DNA of 63,197 bases, the filler included, from Nemertoderma westbladi (lineage: Eukaryota; Animalia; Xenacoelomorpha), in NCBI GenBank assembly GCA_032718475.1. It is 3 parts of 3 records of this genome, joined end to end, with 100 filler letters (N's around TTAATTAATTAA, not from the genome) between each part and the next. Parts side by side here need not be neighbours in the genome. Positions count along the whole stretch, not along the records: positions 1 to 31,670 come from JAUCBJ010006016.1; 2 more parts are not named here. One strand, 5' to 3'. Made by a program: the position numbers and the translations under genes. Of the stretch, positions 1 through 11,700 are shown one piece after another; the stretch's first letter is position 1; each line of letters opens with the position of its first letter. Below the pieces are notes generated by a model. It did no database searches. It was not told the origin of the DNA and saw nothing but the letters and a program-made list of their open reading frames with translations.

Positions 1-69
1 TGGCGTCTCCAAAGGGTCAAAATATAAATGAATAAAAACCTCTATGAAACAAGAAAAATGCCTCCATAT

Positions 70-826
70 TTGTTACTGCAGTAATAAATAATTGTTACTG
101 CAGTATAAATTATTAATTACTGCAGTAATAAATAAAAATTATTTTTTACTGCAGTATGAATTATTTGTTACTGCAGTAAAAAAAAAATTTTATTTATTAC
201 TGCAGTAATAAATAATTGTTACTGCAGTAATAAATAAATTGTTACTGCAGTAATAAATATTTGTTACTGCAGTAACAAATAATTATTGCTGCAGTAACAA
301 TTATCAATTATTTATTACTGCAGTAACAATTGTTTCTTACTGCAGTAACAATTATTTATTACTGCAGTAACAATTATTTATTACTGCAGTAACAATTATT
401 TATTACTGCAGTAACAATAATTTAATACTGCAGTAACAATTATTTATTACTGCAGTAACAATAATTTATTACTGCAGTAACAATAATTTAATACTGCAGT
501 AACAATTATTTATTACTGCAGTAACAATTATTTATTACTGCAGTAACAATTATTTGCTACTGCAGTAGCAAATATTTATTACTGCAGTAGCAAATATTTA
601 TTACTGCAGTAACAAATAATTATTACTGCAGTAACAAATAATTATTACTGCAGTAATAAACAAAAAAATTTTTTTTTCTGCAGTAAGAAATAATTGTTAC
701 TGCAGTAAAAAAAAAATTTATTTATTACTGCAGTAATAATTATTTGTTACTGCAGTAATAATTATTTGTTACTGCAGTAATAATTATTTGTTACTGCAGT
801 AGCAAATATTTATTACTGCAGTACTA
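70..826. repeat. Left TIR subrepeat array (~19-21 bp units around palindromic TTACTGCAGTAA)
   Basis: Dozens of ACTGCAGT cores separated by AT spacers; unit orientation flips within the array. Confidence 0.95.
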
Positions 827-1768
827 AACTGTCCTTTCATTGGCCGATATAATTAAATTAATCTCCAATCAGAATCCGCAGTTATAAGGGCCACCCAAAA
901 CCGGGTTTAATTGGTTGTTATGCATAATACAATTCCACCAATGGGATCTTATGAAGCGTTTACGAAGCAATCATATGGATTTGTCATTGCCAGATTACAC
1001 TGTTTATGTTCTCTAGCATAACGTAGGATGAAAAACGGGTATTCTTCACACTGTCACAGTCACATGGGCGATAGTTTGGCCTACAATACGTAGCGGTATA
1101 ATCCGTGAACTGGTTAAGTGATATCTCCGGGCGGTTCAGCCTTTCATTTTAGGTAGGACTACAGTAATGTACTGTAAAACTGTAGGCCCAGTGTAAGTAC
1201 AGAAGTACCGTATATCCAAATCAACTAACTGCAATGCAATTAGTATAGATTTACGTGGTACTCGCTATCTGGCAGCCAGGTTACTAGTTAAGTTGAGCCT
1301 GATTCGCATTGGAATTTAAGTGATAGGATATACGTATTGTATGCGATAATTAATTATTAACTTTTTAATATTATGTTGAATTTGAACCACATGAACTAAC
1401 AACTTAAGTAGGCCTAATACTTTATCAATTTTATATTATGTGTTATACAGACTGACAGTAGGCCTAGACAGTACACACACTTATACACACACTTGTTTAT
1501 TTCGCTAAAGTGGTTCTTGAATCAGCACCTGTGAACATTTATTTATGTTAATGTAGCAAAGCGTAGTGATAGAAATATACCAATGCTAGAATAGTTTATA
1601 ATATTTATATAGTAACAATGATTAAGCTTTCAAAACTATAGCGCTATATGGAACTCTAGCCGTTTTTTTCGAAGGGTGGGGGGGGGGGGGGCGTGTGGAG
1701 CGTCTGGTTTATATTACCTGGTTAGATTTATTAATGTTGTTGAATTTAATATCAATTTCCACAATTAA

Positions 1769-2865
1769 TTACAAAATCAAATTGTTTATGAAGTGTAAAC
1801 AGTCTAAATATAGCTGGACTCCATAGTCGCTACACTCTAACGTCGTATCAGGAAATCTGTTTCTAAGTTCGTGGATTTGCAGAAGACTCAATACATCATC
1901 TATGTCATAGACTTCTACCAGTGACTCTTCCTCATCTGGAATAGGGCCTTGCCAATCGACACCGTACTCAAAATCATTAATGTCGATTTCATCAACGGTA
2001 CTGTCAAGTCGGCTGTTTATAAATATTTGCTGGGGTGACCAATTCCTTTCTGTTCGGAGAGGGTGGCTATTCCATGCCGCCACAAACTCCGTTAGCGCCC
2101 TGTTAATTCTACCCTGTAATATAAAGTATAAATATTAGCTCTTATACATTCGATTATATCGCTCGAATAAATATTTTATAAATGTAATGTGAATAATATT
2201 ATATATTAAAATTTAGTAAGGTGTAAAGTAAGAAAAATACGGAAAATATTTAATTAGAAATATAAAATTAATCTACCATAAGATTGCAGGTAAAGCTTAA
2301 GCTGATTATTTGACATTTTGAACGTTCAACCCGTCACAACCCGTCATACAATTGTACAGCATTTTCAAAGGTTGAAAGAACTGTACTAGCGCAGTTATCT
2401 AGCGCAGTTTCTCCGTTGAATTTGAAATTGTCTCACCCGCCGAGTAATTGTGGACTTACTCACTCCAAACATTTTACTTATTTGTTTCCTTGAAAATCCG
2501 GTGTCCCTAAAAAATTCAAGGCTTTCCTTATCGAAGACATATGTAGGTCGCCCTGATAACCCTGTATACATAAGGGTCGGGCGTAGCCGAGTAGGGTTGG
2601 AACAACAAGTGCTTATACCCATATCGATGGGTTGAATTGTATTTAACCAACGCAGCCATTGTTTGGTTTCATTAAACAGTTGTCCAACAATAGTTGGGCG
2701 GATAATTTGATAACTTTCAATTTTCCCCAATATCGCTACAAAATGTTCAAGATTTCGATGTATATAGTCGTAATCATGTCCACGTACCCCAATGACAGAA
2801 ATTGCCTCGCATCTTTCTATAATGCTTGACAAATCGTCTAAAAAAGCGGAACCAAGGTCATCCAT
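1769..2865 (-). pseudogene. Fragmented IS3EU/IS481-like HTH + integrase-core transposase
   Basis: HTH LEFFRDTGFSRKQISKMFGVSKSTITRR; residual core piece DNCASTVLSTFENAVQLY (~2345-2400); C-terminal GRINRALTEFVAAWNSHPLRTERNWSPQQIF...YGVDWQGP. The catalytic DDE segments are deleted. Confidence 0.75.
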
Positions 2866-3107
2866 GGGCTCGTCGACAGTACCTATTATGTACTGTTTAG
2901 TAGGCCTACTGGCTACTGCTAGAGAACATAAACAGTGTAATCTATGGCAATGACAAAAAGCCATTATGATTGCTTCGTTAACGCTTCTCATTGGTGGAAT
3001 TGTATGCTGCATAACAACCAATTAAACCCGATTTTGGATGGCCCTTATAACTGCGGATTCTGATTGGGGATTAATTGAATCATATCGGCCAATGAAATGA
3101 TAGTTTA

Positions 3108-3812
3108 GTACTGCAGTAATAAATATTTGCTACTGCAGTAAGAAATAATTATTACTGCAGTAACAAATAATTATTACTGCAGTAACAAATAATTATTACT
3201 GCAGTAATAAATAAATTTTTTTTTTACTGCAGTAACAATTATTTCTTACTGCAGTAAAAATTTTTTTTTTGTTTATTACTGCAGTAATAATTATTTGTTA
3301 CTGCAGTAATAATTATTTGTTACTGCAGTAATAAATATTTGTTACTGCAGTAATAAATATTTGCTACTGCAGTAGCAAATAATTGTTACTGCAGTAATAA
3401 ATAATTGTTACTGCAGTATTACATTATTGTTACTGTAGTAATAAATAATTGTTACTGCAGTAATAAATAATTGTTACTGCAGTAATAAATAATTGTTACT
3501 GCAGTAATAAATAATTGTTACTGCAGTATTAAATAATTGTTACTGCAGTCATAAATAATTGTTACTGCAGTAATAAATAATTGTTACTGCAGTAATAAAT
3601 AATTGTTACTGCAGCAATAATTATTTGTTACTGCAGTAACAAATATTTATTACTGCAGTAACAATTATTTATTACTGCAGTAATAAATAAATTTTTTTTT
3701 TACTGAAGTAACAAATAATTCATACTGCAGTAAAAAATAATTTTTATTTATTACTGCAGTAATTAATAATTTCTACTGCAGTAACAATTATTTATTACTG
3801 CAGTAACAAATA
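3108..3812. repeat. Right TIR subrepeat array (ACTGCAGT core)
   Basis: Mirror image of the left array. Confidence 0.95.
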
Positions 3813-5286
3813 TGGAGGCATTTTTCTTGTTTCATAGAGGTTTTTATTCATTTATATTTTGACCCTTTAGAGACGCCATATAATTTGAACCTAAATCAAT
3901 GGACTTATATTGTGGTTGCTGGGTCGTAATCTACATAATAATAATTAATTGATGCTGTATTCGGATTTTTATCTAACTTATAAATTAGACTAAACACGAT
4001 TTACCTCAAATAGAAAAAACTGTAAACTTATAGAAACAGAATGCGTGTGATGCTTATCAGAGGTAAAGAAGACAGGCAAGCAAACAATATTGAACGATTA
4101 CAAAATACTATTAGTGTACGGTTAGGTTAACCAAAAAAATACAAAAACGGGAGGTGCCCATCTTGAGACAAGACTGCAATGTTAATGTATTTATTTATAG
4201 TTGTAGGACTACATTTATTTTAATTAATTTCCATTACAATGTCTCGAACTTGAGTTCTAAATAACTCATTGTCGATCTAAACTAATGTACTGACTTAATT
4301 GTCTAAAATTCAGTGCAATGCACACGTCATGGTGAACTCAGTAGTGCCGGTACCTAACAGTATCCTATTGCTTCTATATTAAAATAGGTAGGCCTACATT
4401 ATGGCTATGGCACGATGCAGTACTGTAGTATTTATATTCAATAATTTAATACGAGTGATATTATTATTGATCGTTTTAAATTATTTTTGCCATGCTGCCT
4501 CCTTAGATCGTACATTCAGAATGTTCCAGAGTCGAAGGAATGTGCCAATACTGCTATTGTTAATGCCGCAACCGGTTTTTCATTGAATACCTGAAGCACC
4601 AGAGCCACGTTCGGCTTTTGTATGCTTGAAGGTGAAATAGCTGATTGAGTAAGTAAGTGGTGCTGTTCTAACTGTCAAATCGTTCTCTAACTCGAACACT
4701 TTAATTATATCTGAACATTTAGCTATTATTGGCTTAGATTTTCCAGGAAGTATTACATGGCCTTCGCCTACAGTTGGGCCTACTCTGTATGGGATATGGG
4801 ATTAACTAGTTTGGGCTCAGATAAGTATTTTCTAGAAGTGAAAATGTGTACATGATTGAAGCTTCACAACAATAATAATGTGATCATAGTCAATTAGAAA
4901 ACAGTATTAATCTTAATATTTTGTTATATTAATAAGTATAACATATACACTTAAAAAATATCCTTTTAGAATCAATACTGGATATAAAGGATGTGTCAGG
5001 TGTCCCACCAGCTTATTTATTAAACAATATTTTTTAAGTTGTTAGTCCATTAATTAGGGCTATTAAAGAAAATCATTAAAGAATTCTACATTCAATATCA
5101 TCATATCAACATCGCTTATTTATTGTCTAATAGATCACCAATATGTCTACCTTCATTATTCTATACAAGATAAAATACAATACAAACAATTATCTTATGA
5201 GGAAACAAATGTATTAAAATTGTAATTCACTAAAATTTATATTTGAGTCAAATCAACGTTCATTAATTAATCTATTAAGTCTAAGT

Positions 5287-7089
5287 TTAACAGGTTGGTG
5301 GTTCCGTAGGTGGCACTGACACCGCCCAATCAGGAATTGTTCCTAAGTCAAAGATTGGAAAACCAATTAGCCATGTAAACAACATTACACTCAATATACA
5401 TATAATATTCATAACAAATCCCACCTTCATCATAGCAGGCATGGGGATGCCGCCACTGGTAAAGACAATAGCGTTTGGCGGCGTTGCTATTGGCAACATG
5501 AAGGCGAATGAACATGCGAGTGAAGCGGGAAGCATAAGAAGAAGGGGGTGGATTTTCATCGCTGTTGCCATGGAAGCCAATATCGGCAGGAATATATTGG
5601 CTGTTGATGTATTGCTAGTGAACTCTGTGATAAACGCAACCAAAGTCGTAACAATAAGGACAATAACGAAAGTTGGTAGATACTCAATGACAACCAAGCT
5701 CTCTGCTAGGTAAGCGGAAAGACCCGACTCTTCCACACCCTTTGCTAAAGCGAAGCCACCACCTAGTAGCAAGATGAGGTCCCAAGCCATGTGCTTGCTG
5801 AGATAATTCCAATCCAACAACGATGGGTGACTTGTCAAGTTTTGGCCTCGAAACACTGGACGTCGTGAGGGGAATACAAAAAGACAAAAGACAATAAAGC
5901 AGGCTACGGTTCCGTCTTTGATAAACCCTGGATTATCGGGTAGAAGTAAATATGTCCAACCTTCAATGAACTTCGGTTCTCTGAACAACCACAACAATGC
6001 CATGAGAACAAAATGCCCCAGCACAGCTTTTTCAGCGAAAGTCATTGGCCCCAATGCATTATATTGATCCTGTATCATTGCTCGCACTGCAGCATTTGTT
6101 TTCTTTTCTGTCTCTGACTTTTCACGACATCGAAGGCTATTAAACATCTCCTTGAAGTTAAACCCAAAGCTGACTATCTCTAACCATACCCACGAGAGCA
6201 ATATACAAACTATTGCGTTTGGAAGGGCATATACCATCCAAGTTGCAAAGTTGAGACTGTGCTCTGGACCATATAATTCGGAGAGAATTCCAGCTAACAC
6301 CAAATTTGGAGATGTACCTATTTGAGTGCCAGTTCCGCCGATGTTAGCCGAATAGGCTACAGCGAGCAATGCAGCTCGATCGGCCCTGGATCGAACACCT
6401 TTTTTTTTAGGACGATCGGTTTTCGGGTTATCTATTTTTGGCAGAGTTAGATTGAAGTCTTGCCCTTGGTCAGGATCATCAGGATCCGGCGTTACATTGG
6501 CATGTGGATCAAAGCCCTCATTAAATATCCCCCCGTCAATATTAGTAGCGTCATTCATCTCAATGTCTTGAGAAAGTCGTCTATTTCTTTCGTCAATATC
6601 ATTAATTTCTGCCAGAAGAGCCAATATTATTGGAACCATCATCGATGTAGTGGCAGTGTTACTCACCCACATCGATAAGAATCCCGTGATCAACATAAAG
6701 CCCAACATCAGCGCTGCCCTAGATGGAGGAACAATGGTTAGAAACCTGAGAGCAACTCGTTCATGGAGATTCCATTTTTCGATAGCAACTCCTATTGCTA
6801 AACCTCCAAACACCAACAATGATGTATCCGAAACAAAGGCATGGGAAAGTGTCTTTGCCGATGAGATACCGAAGAGTGGGAACAACACAACAGGCAGAAG
6901 AGCTGTAATACCTATATGTGTGACTTCAGCAATCCAATATATAGCTACAATAAGGATGCAGTATGTTGCATAAGCTTCGCTAGAACGCAAAGCTATCGGA
7001 ATTGGGCATAGTAGCAAAGGCGCTAAAATAACAATCAGAGTTCTATAATAGGTTGCAATAAAGTGTTTAGCAAACGTAAACCACTTCAT
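5287..7089 (-). CDS. SLC13: SLC13 family Na+/dicarboxylate(citrate)/sulfate symporter (Indy-like), intronless, 600 aa
   Basis: Many TM segments; motifs LSMWVSNTATT, AYSANIGGTGT..GTSPN, TEFTSNTST, AFMLPIATPPNAIVF. Confidence 0.93.
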   Translation of the reverse strand: MKWFTFAKHFIATYYRTLIVILAPLLLCPIPIALRSSEAYATYCILIVAIYWIAEVTHIGITALLPVVLFPLFGISSAKTLSHAFVSDTSLLVFGGLAIGVAIEKWNLHERVALRFLTIVPPSRAALMLGFMLITGFLSMWVSNTATTSMMVPIILALLAEINDIDERNRRLSQDIEMNDATNIDGGIFNEGFDPHANVTPDPDDPDQGQDFNLTLPKIDNPKTDRPKKKGVRSRADRAALLAVAYSANIGGTGTQIGTSPNLVLAGILSELYGPEHSLNFATWMVYALPNAIVCILLSWVWLEIVSFGFNFKEMFNSLRCREKSETEKKTNAAVRAMIQDQYNALGPMTFAEKAVLGHFVLMALLWLFREPKFIEGWTYLLLPDNPGFIKDGTVACFIVFCLFVFPSRRPVFRGQNLTSHPSLLDWNYLSKHMAWDLILLLGGGFALAKGVEESGLSAYLAESLVVIEYLPTFVIVLIVTTLVAFITEFTSNTSTANIFLPILASMATAMKIHPLLLMLPASLACSFAFMLPIATPPNAIVFTSGGIPMPAMMKVGFVMNIICILSVMLFTWLIGFPIFDLGTIPDWAVSVPPTEPPTC

Positions 7090-7470
7090 ATTGTGGTGGT
7101 CGAGTTATAAATATAACAAACTAACTATAAATGACCTATAAGTTGATTTATAAATATTAACAGTTAGGAAAAATATCAAGAGAATAATTTAATTACTATT
7201 TTTGTTTAATGCGTTATTTATACGATTATGAAAGATAGAAAAAAATATTTTCAAATACAAAAAACAGAATCAATGATCGTTAAAAAAATGAATTATAACT
7301 GCAATCATACGGATTGCATTAAACAGTATTATTTAGTTATTCATATATATGAAATGTTTATAATAAATAATAATATCTTAGAATGACAATGGTGAGGCAT
7401 TGCAGGATATCGCGGCAGTGACAGCATGGAGGCGATAACAGACCGGGAACACAACAAGATGTCTTAACCT

Positions 7471-7750
7471 AAAGTAAAGTAAAGTAAAGTAAATTTTCTT
7501 CGGCCGCTAGGCCAGGGATTACGCACAAAGTCTGACGACTTATTTCCAGTGCGGTCCCCCCAGAACTTTACTCCCCAGAGGAAACTCCAGTACTCATTTA
7601 GCTACCACTTAAGGATGCAAGGCAGAGATGCGCCCTGGCTGGTCCCTTTAAAGCATTCGTGCCGAAACTTAAACTGCCCTGGCCCATGTGAGGATCGAAC
7701 CCACGACCTACAGGAGATGTGAATTCAATGCTACCACTACACCAAGGTGG
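7471..7750 (-). mobile_element. tRNA-derived SINE with (ACTTT)n tail
   Basis: On the minus strand: A-box TGGTGTAGTGG, B-box GGTTCGATCC and an (ACTTT)n tail. Body and 3' end match the copy at 55763-56361. Confidence 0.75.
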
Positions 7751-8774
7751 AACCTGGCCAGCCCCAGCCTCGACATTGGTTTTTGGATGTTTACTGTACT
7801 ATACTGTATAGTGTATATGGTATACTTTTTTTTAACATACTTTTTACTTAGGTTTTCATTTTAACCAATAATATATAATATGTATTAGATATAATCGTTT
7901 AGAGCTTGTATATATACGGGGTAAAAATATAAATATTCCAGATATCTACGGTACCTACGAAGATAACATTGATAAGTAATTGCATCGGAACTTTGTATGT
8001 TTGAAACGCGTATGAGTGACATAAAATAAATACATAAAATAAATTCGAAACTTTTCATTTATTTCAGATATTAATTATATAATCACAGCAGCACGAATAT
8101 AAAACCATTACCTCAAAATCCAATCAGATGATCTATTTGTTTTCACATCACCACTATGTTTGCATTTATGTCGGTATGAAGTCCCCATTTCCCATAAATT
8201 AATTAGATTAGATTACAATTTATTAGTTTAATTAATTGGCGGAGCACCCAAAGCGTGATTAACGTCATTAAGTTAATGCAGATATATATTTTAATTATTA
8301 ATGATCTTTGATCAATGTCATTTGTGGCTCGAAGTCTGTTTAGAATAATACATTTACCTTGGCAATGATGATGTCTATCATTGACTTGGCATGAGCTGTG
8401 CATTAGTGCATTTCCAAAACCTACAAACGATACTCATTCGAATGATCGAAACGCGCGCACGCATTGGCCCATTTTTTTTTTTTTTATTTTTTTTTTTTTG
8501 ACATTATTAGTTGCCAGGGACACATTGCTTCCCGAATGCTAATATTTCCCATAACATCTAGTAATATTTATTATATTATAATTGAGTCATAAACCCCTAG
8601 GCGATACCTAAAAGATAAAACTAATTTCTTTGGGGAATTTCTCAGAAACCATTGCAGTTAACAAATAAATGGCCAATGTCCCACTTAGAAATCATGTGGA
8701 AAATTAATGAAAATTACCAATGATGTATAGTGCAGATATGTAACTAATATTAATGACTTCGATAATAGTTGGTC

Positions 8775-11700
8775 ATGGATACATTGCTTATCGTGTTCAC
8801 AACTTCACTGTATCTGTACTTTCCTCGGGCTGGTTGTTGGAGTGGTGCGACTATAGATAGTGGAAAATCGAAGTGCGTCGATATTGATTTGAAAGGGAGA
8901 TCGTGCAGAATTAGAGGAGAAATCGGAGAATCCATTGGGTTTTATCTGAGGATTCCTAAAGATTTTCCAGACTTTAAGGTAATTAAGGGATAATTATATA
9001 AATATATTTATGTTTATATAAATAGACTCCATTATAGAATATAGTGTATTCTATAACTATTTCTACAAGATAATGAGTTATATTTCATTTTCTTAATGCT
9101 CCTTTCTTGAATAAAGTTAGCACAGACTCTAGTGATGCTCTGGAGAACCTAACGGTCAGAGTTGTGAATACGGAAGTATTCCATCCCTTGCCATTAAATT
9201 TTAAGAGCCGAGGTAAGCATATTATTGATATATTTGAGGCTATTCAGGTAATACGAAATTTAATTCAAAAATGTTTTAAAATTATTATCGTAGTTATTTT
9301 TAACCGATTCCAGATCAAATGGTACAGACTAATAGACGTTCGAAATAAAGTTTCACTATTAAAAGAAAACGTAGAAGTAGCCGACGCCTGGAATCCTTTG
9401 GTTCACATCCTTGAAAATAAAAGAGCTTTGGTTATTGATCAATTGAAGGAAAGCGATATGTTGGATAATATGTGGCAAGTATGTTAGTAATATAAAAGAG
9501 GCCAATGCATCAAAGTGGATAGATTTAAATAGAAGGTGGTCATTGCAGTAAGGGGTGGTCAGAAAGAGAAAAATTAACCTAACGTTTTAAATAATAAATT
9601 GACCAATTAAAATTAAATTTAAATTAAGTTGTGCTCTTAACTTAGTAAGTTGTGTGCACAAGATACTAAGTTGTGTGCACAAGATACTAAGTTGTGTGCA
9701 CAAGATACTAAGTTGTGTGCACAAGATACTAAGTTGTGTGCACAAGATACTAAGTTGTGTGCACAAGATACTAAGTTGTGTGCACAAGATACTAAGTTGT
9801 GTGCACAAGATACTAAGTTGTGTGCACAAGATACTAAGTTGTGTGCACAAGATACTAAGTTGTGTGCACAAGATACTAAGTTGTGTGCACAAGATACTAA
9901 GTTGTGTGCACAAGATACTAAGTTGTGTGCACAAGATACTAAGTTGTGTGCACAAGATACTAAGTTGTGTGCACAAGATACTAAGTTGTGTGCACAACTT
10001 AATAAGTTATAAAATGTAGAGCGCGCCCTGGTCACTGGAGGTATCATAGTAATCTGGAGTGGATAGGATACAGAAGAAAGATGACCCACTGAGAAACAAT
10101 TAATTAATTTAATTAATTAATTAATATTTAATATTTTTTAATTGTTTCTCACCATTACTTCCTCGCCTTTTTCAGGCAGAAATCGGTAGAAAAAAGGCGA
10201 TATTCTACATCCAACCAAAGTTGATAATAGTTAGGAAAAGGAGAGGAATAATTCCTGAGATCAACCTGGACAACTATGTAAAGATACCTCGAAGGTAATT
10301 CATTTGTCAGGTGTATACAATACTACAGCGTTACGATGGATATTGTCAGAATTTGACATTAATGTAACAACTATTTTACTAACAGGGCCAAGTATTTCGA
10401 TTGGTATGTGGAAGGATTTCCTCACCACATGAAACCCTCGGTATTCGTTATGATCGGGCGAATATTAAAGGTGGATAATTTCGATTTCAACAAAATTATC
10501 GCGGTCAACGTTTACGATGGTGATGATAAACTTATCGTAAAGAAAAGGTGAGTCATACTGTCTATAGTCCGACATGTTAGAGGTGATTCATACTGTCTAT
10601 AGTCCGACTTGTTAGAAGTGAGTCATACTGTCTATAGTCCGACATGTTAGAGGTGAGTCATACTGTCTATAGTCCGACATGTTAGAGGTGAGTCTATCTA
10701 TAGTCCGACATGTTAGAGGTGAGTCTATCTATAGTCCGACATGTTAGAGGTGAGTCTATTCATAGTCCGACATGTTAGAGGTGAGTAATACTGTCTATAA
10801 AAAAAAGTTATAATACTGTCTATAGTCCGACATGTTAGAGGTGAGTCTATCTATAGTCCGACATCTTAGAGGTGAGTCATACTGTCTATAGTCCGACTTG
10901 TTAGAGGAGAGTGACACTGTCTATAGTCCGACATGTTAGAGGTGAGTCATACTGTCTATAGTCCGACATGTTAGAGGTGGGTCTATCTATAGTCCGACAT
11001 CTTAGACGTGAGTCATACTGTCTAGAGTCCGACTTGTTAGAGGTGAGTGATACTGTCTATAGTCCGACATGTGAGAGGTGAGTCATAGTGTCTATAGTCC
11101 GACATGTTAGAGGTGAGTCATACTGTCTATAGTCCGACTTGTTAGAAGTGAGTCATACTGTCTATAGTCCGTCATGTGAGAGGTCAGTCATACTGTCTAT
11201 AGTCCAACATGTGAGAGGTGAGTCATACTGTCTATAGTCCGACATGTTAGAGGTGCGTCTATCTATAGTCCGACATGTTAGAGGTGAGTCATACTGTCTA
11301 TAGTCCGACATGTTAGAGGTGAGTCATACTATCTATAGTCCGACATGTTAGAGGTGAGTGATACTGTCTATAGTCCGACTTGTTAGAGGTGAGTGATACT
11401 GTTTATAGTCCGACATGTTAGAGGTGAGGGATACTGTCTATAGTCCGACATGCTAGAGGTGAGTCATACTGTCTATAGTCCGACTTGTTAGAGGTGAGTC
11501 ATACTGTCTATAGTCCGACATGTTAGAGGTGAGTCGTACTGTCTATAGTCCGACATGTTAGAGGTGAGTGATACTGTCTATAGTCCGACTTGTTAGTAGG
11601 TGGTGAGGCGAGTGTGTTGGTTGAGGGGTTGTTGATGGATAGGTGGTGAGGCGAGGGTGTTGGTTGAGGGGTAGTTGATGGGTTGGTGGTGTGGGGTAGT

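Larger units (their letters stand above)
1..3880 (-). mobile_element. Internally deleted IS3EU-type DNA transposon with ~1-kb foldback-like TIRs
   Basis: 1..~1018 is the reverse complement of ~2917..3878. The right end is ...GACGCCATA (CCRTA/TAYGG terminus typical of IS3EU); the left TA lies just outside the window. The interior holds transposase fragments. Confidence 0.8.

Noticed and set aside
7995-8030. GAAACGCGTA half-hammerhead motif (also CTGACGA on the minus strand at ~53465)
   Set aside because: The other half of the core and the stems are missing.
9587-10089. Repetitive ORFs (CTQLSIL etc.; likewise 36415-36834, 47818-48325, 57068-58050)
   Set aside because: Tandem-repeat read-through in several frames.
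10546-11596. 35-bp repeats resembling a CRISPR array
   Set aside because: Head-to-tail with no unique spacers, no cas genes, eukaryotic intron.
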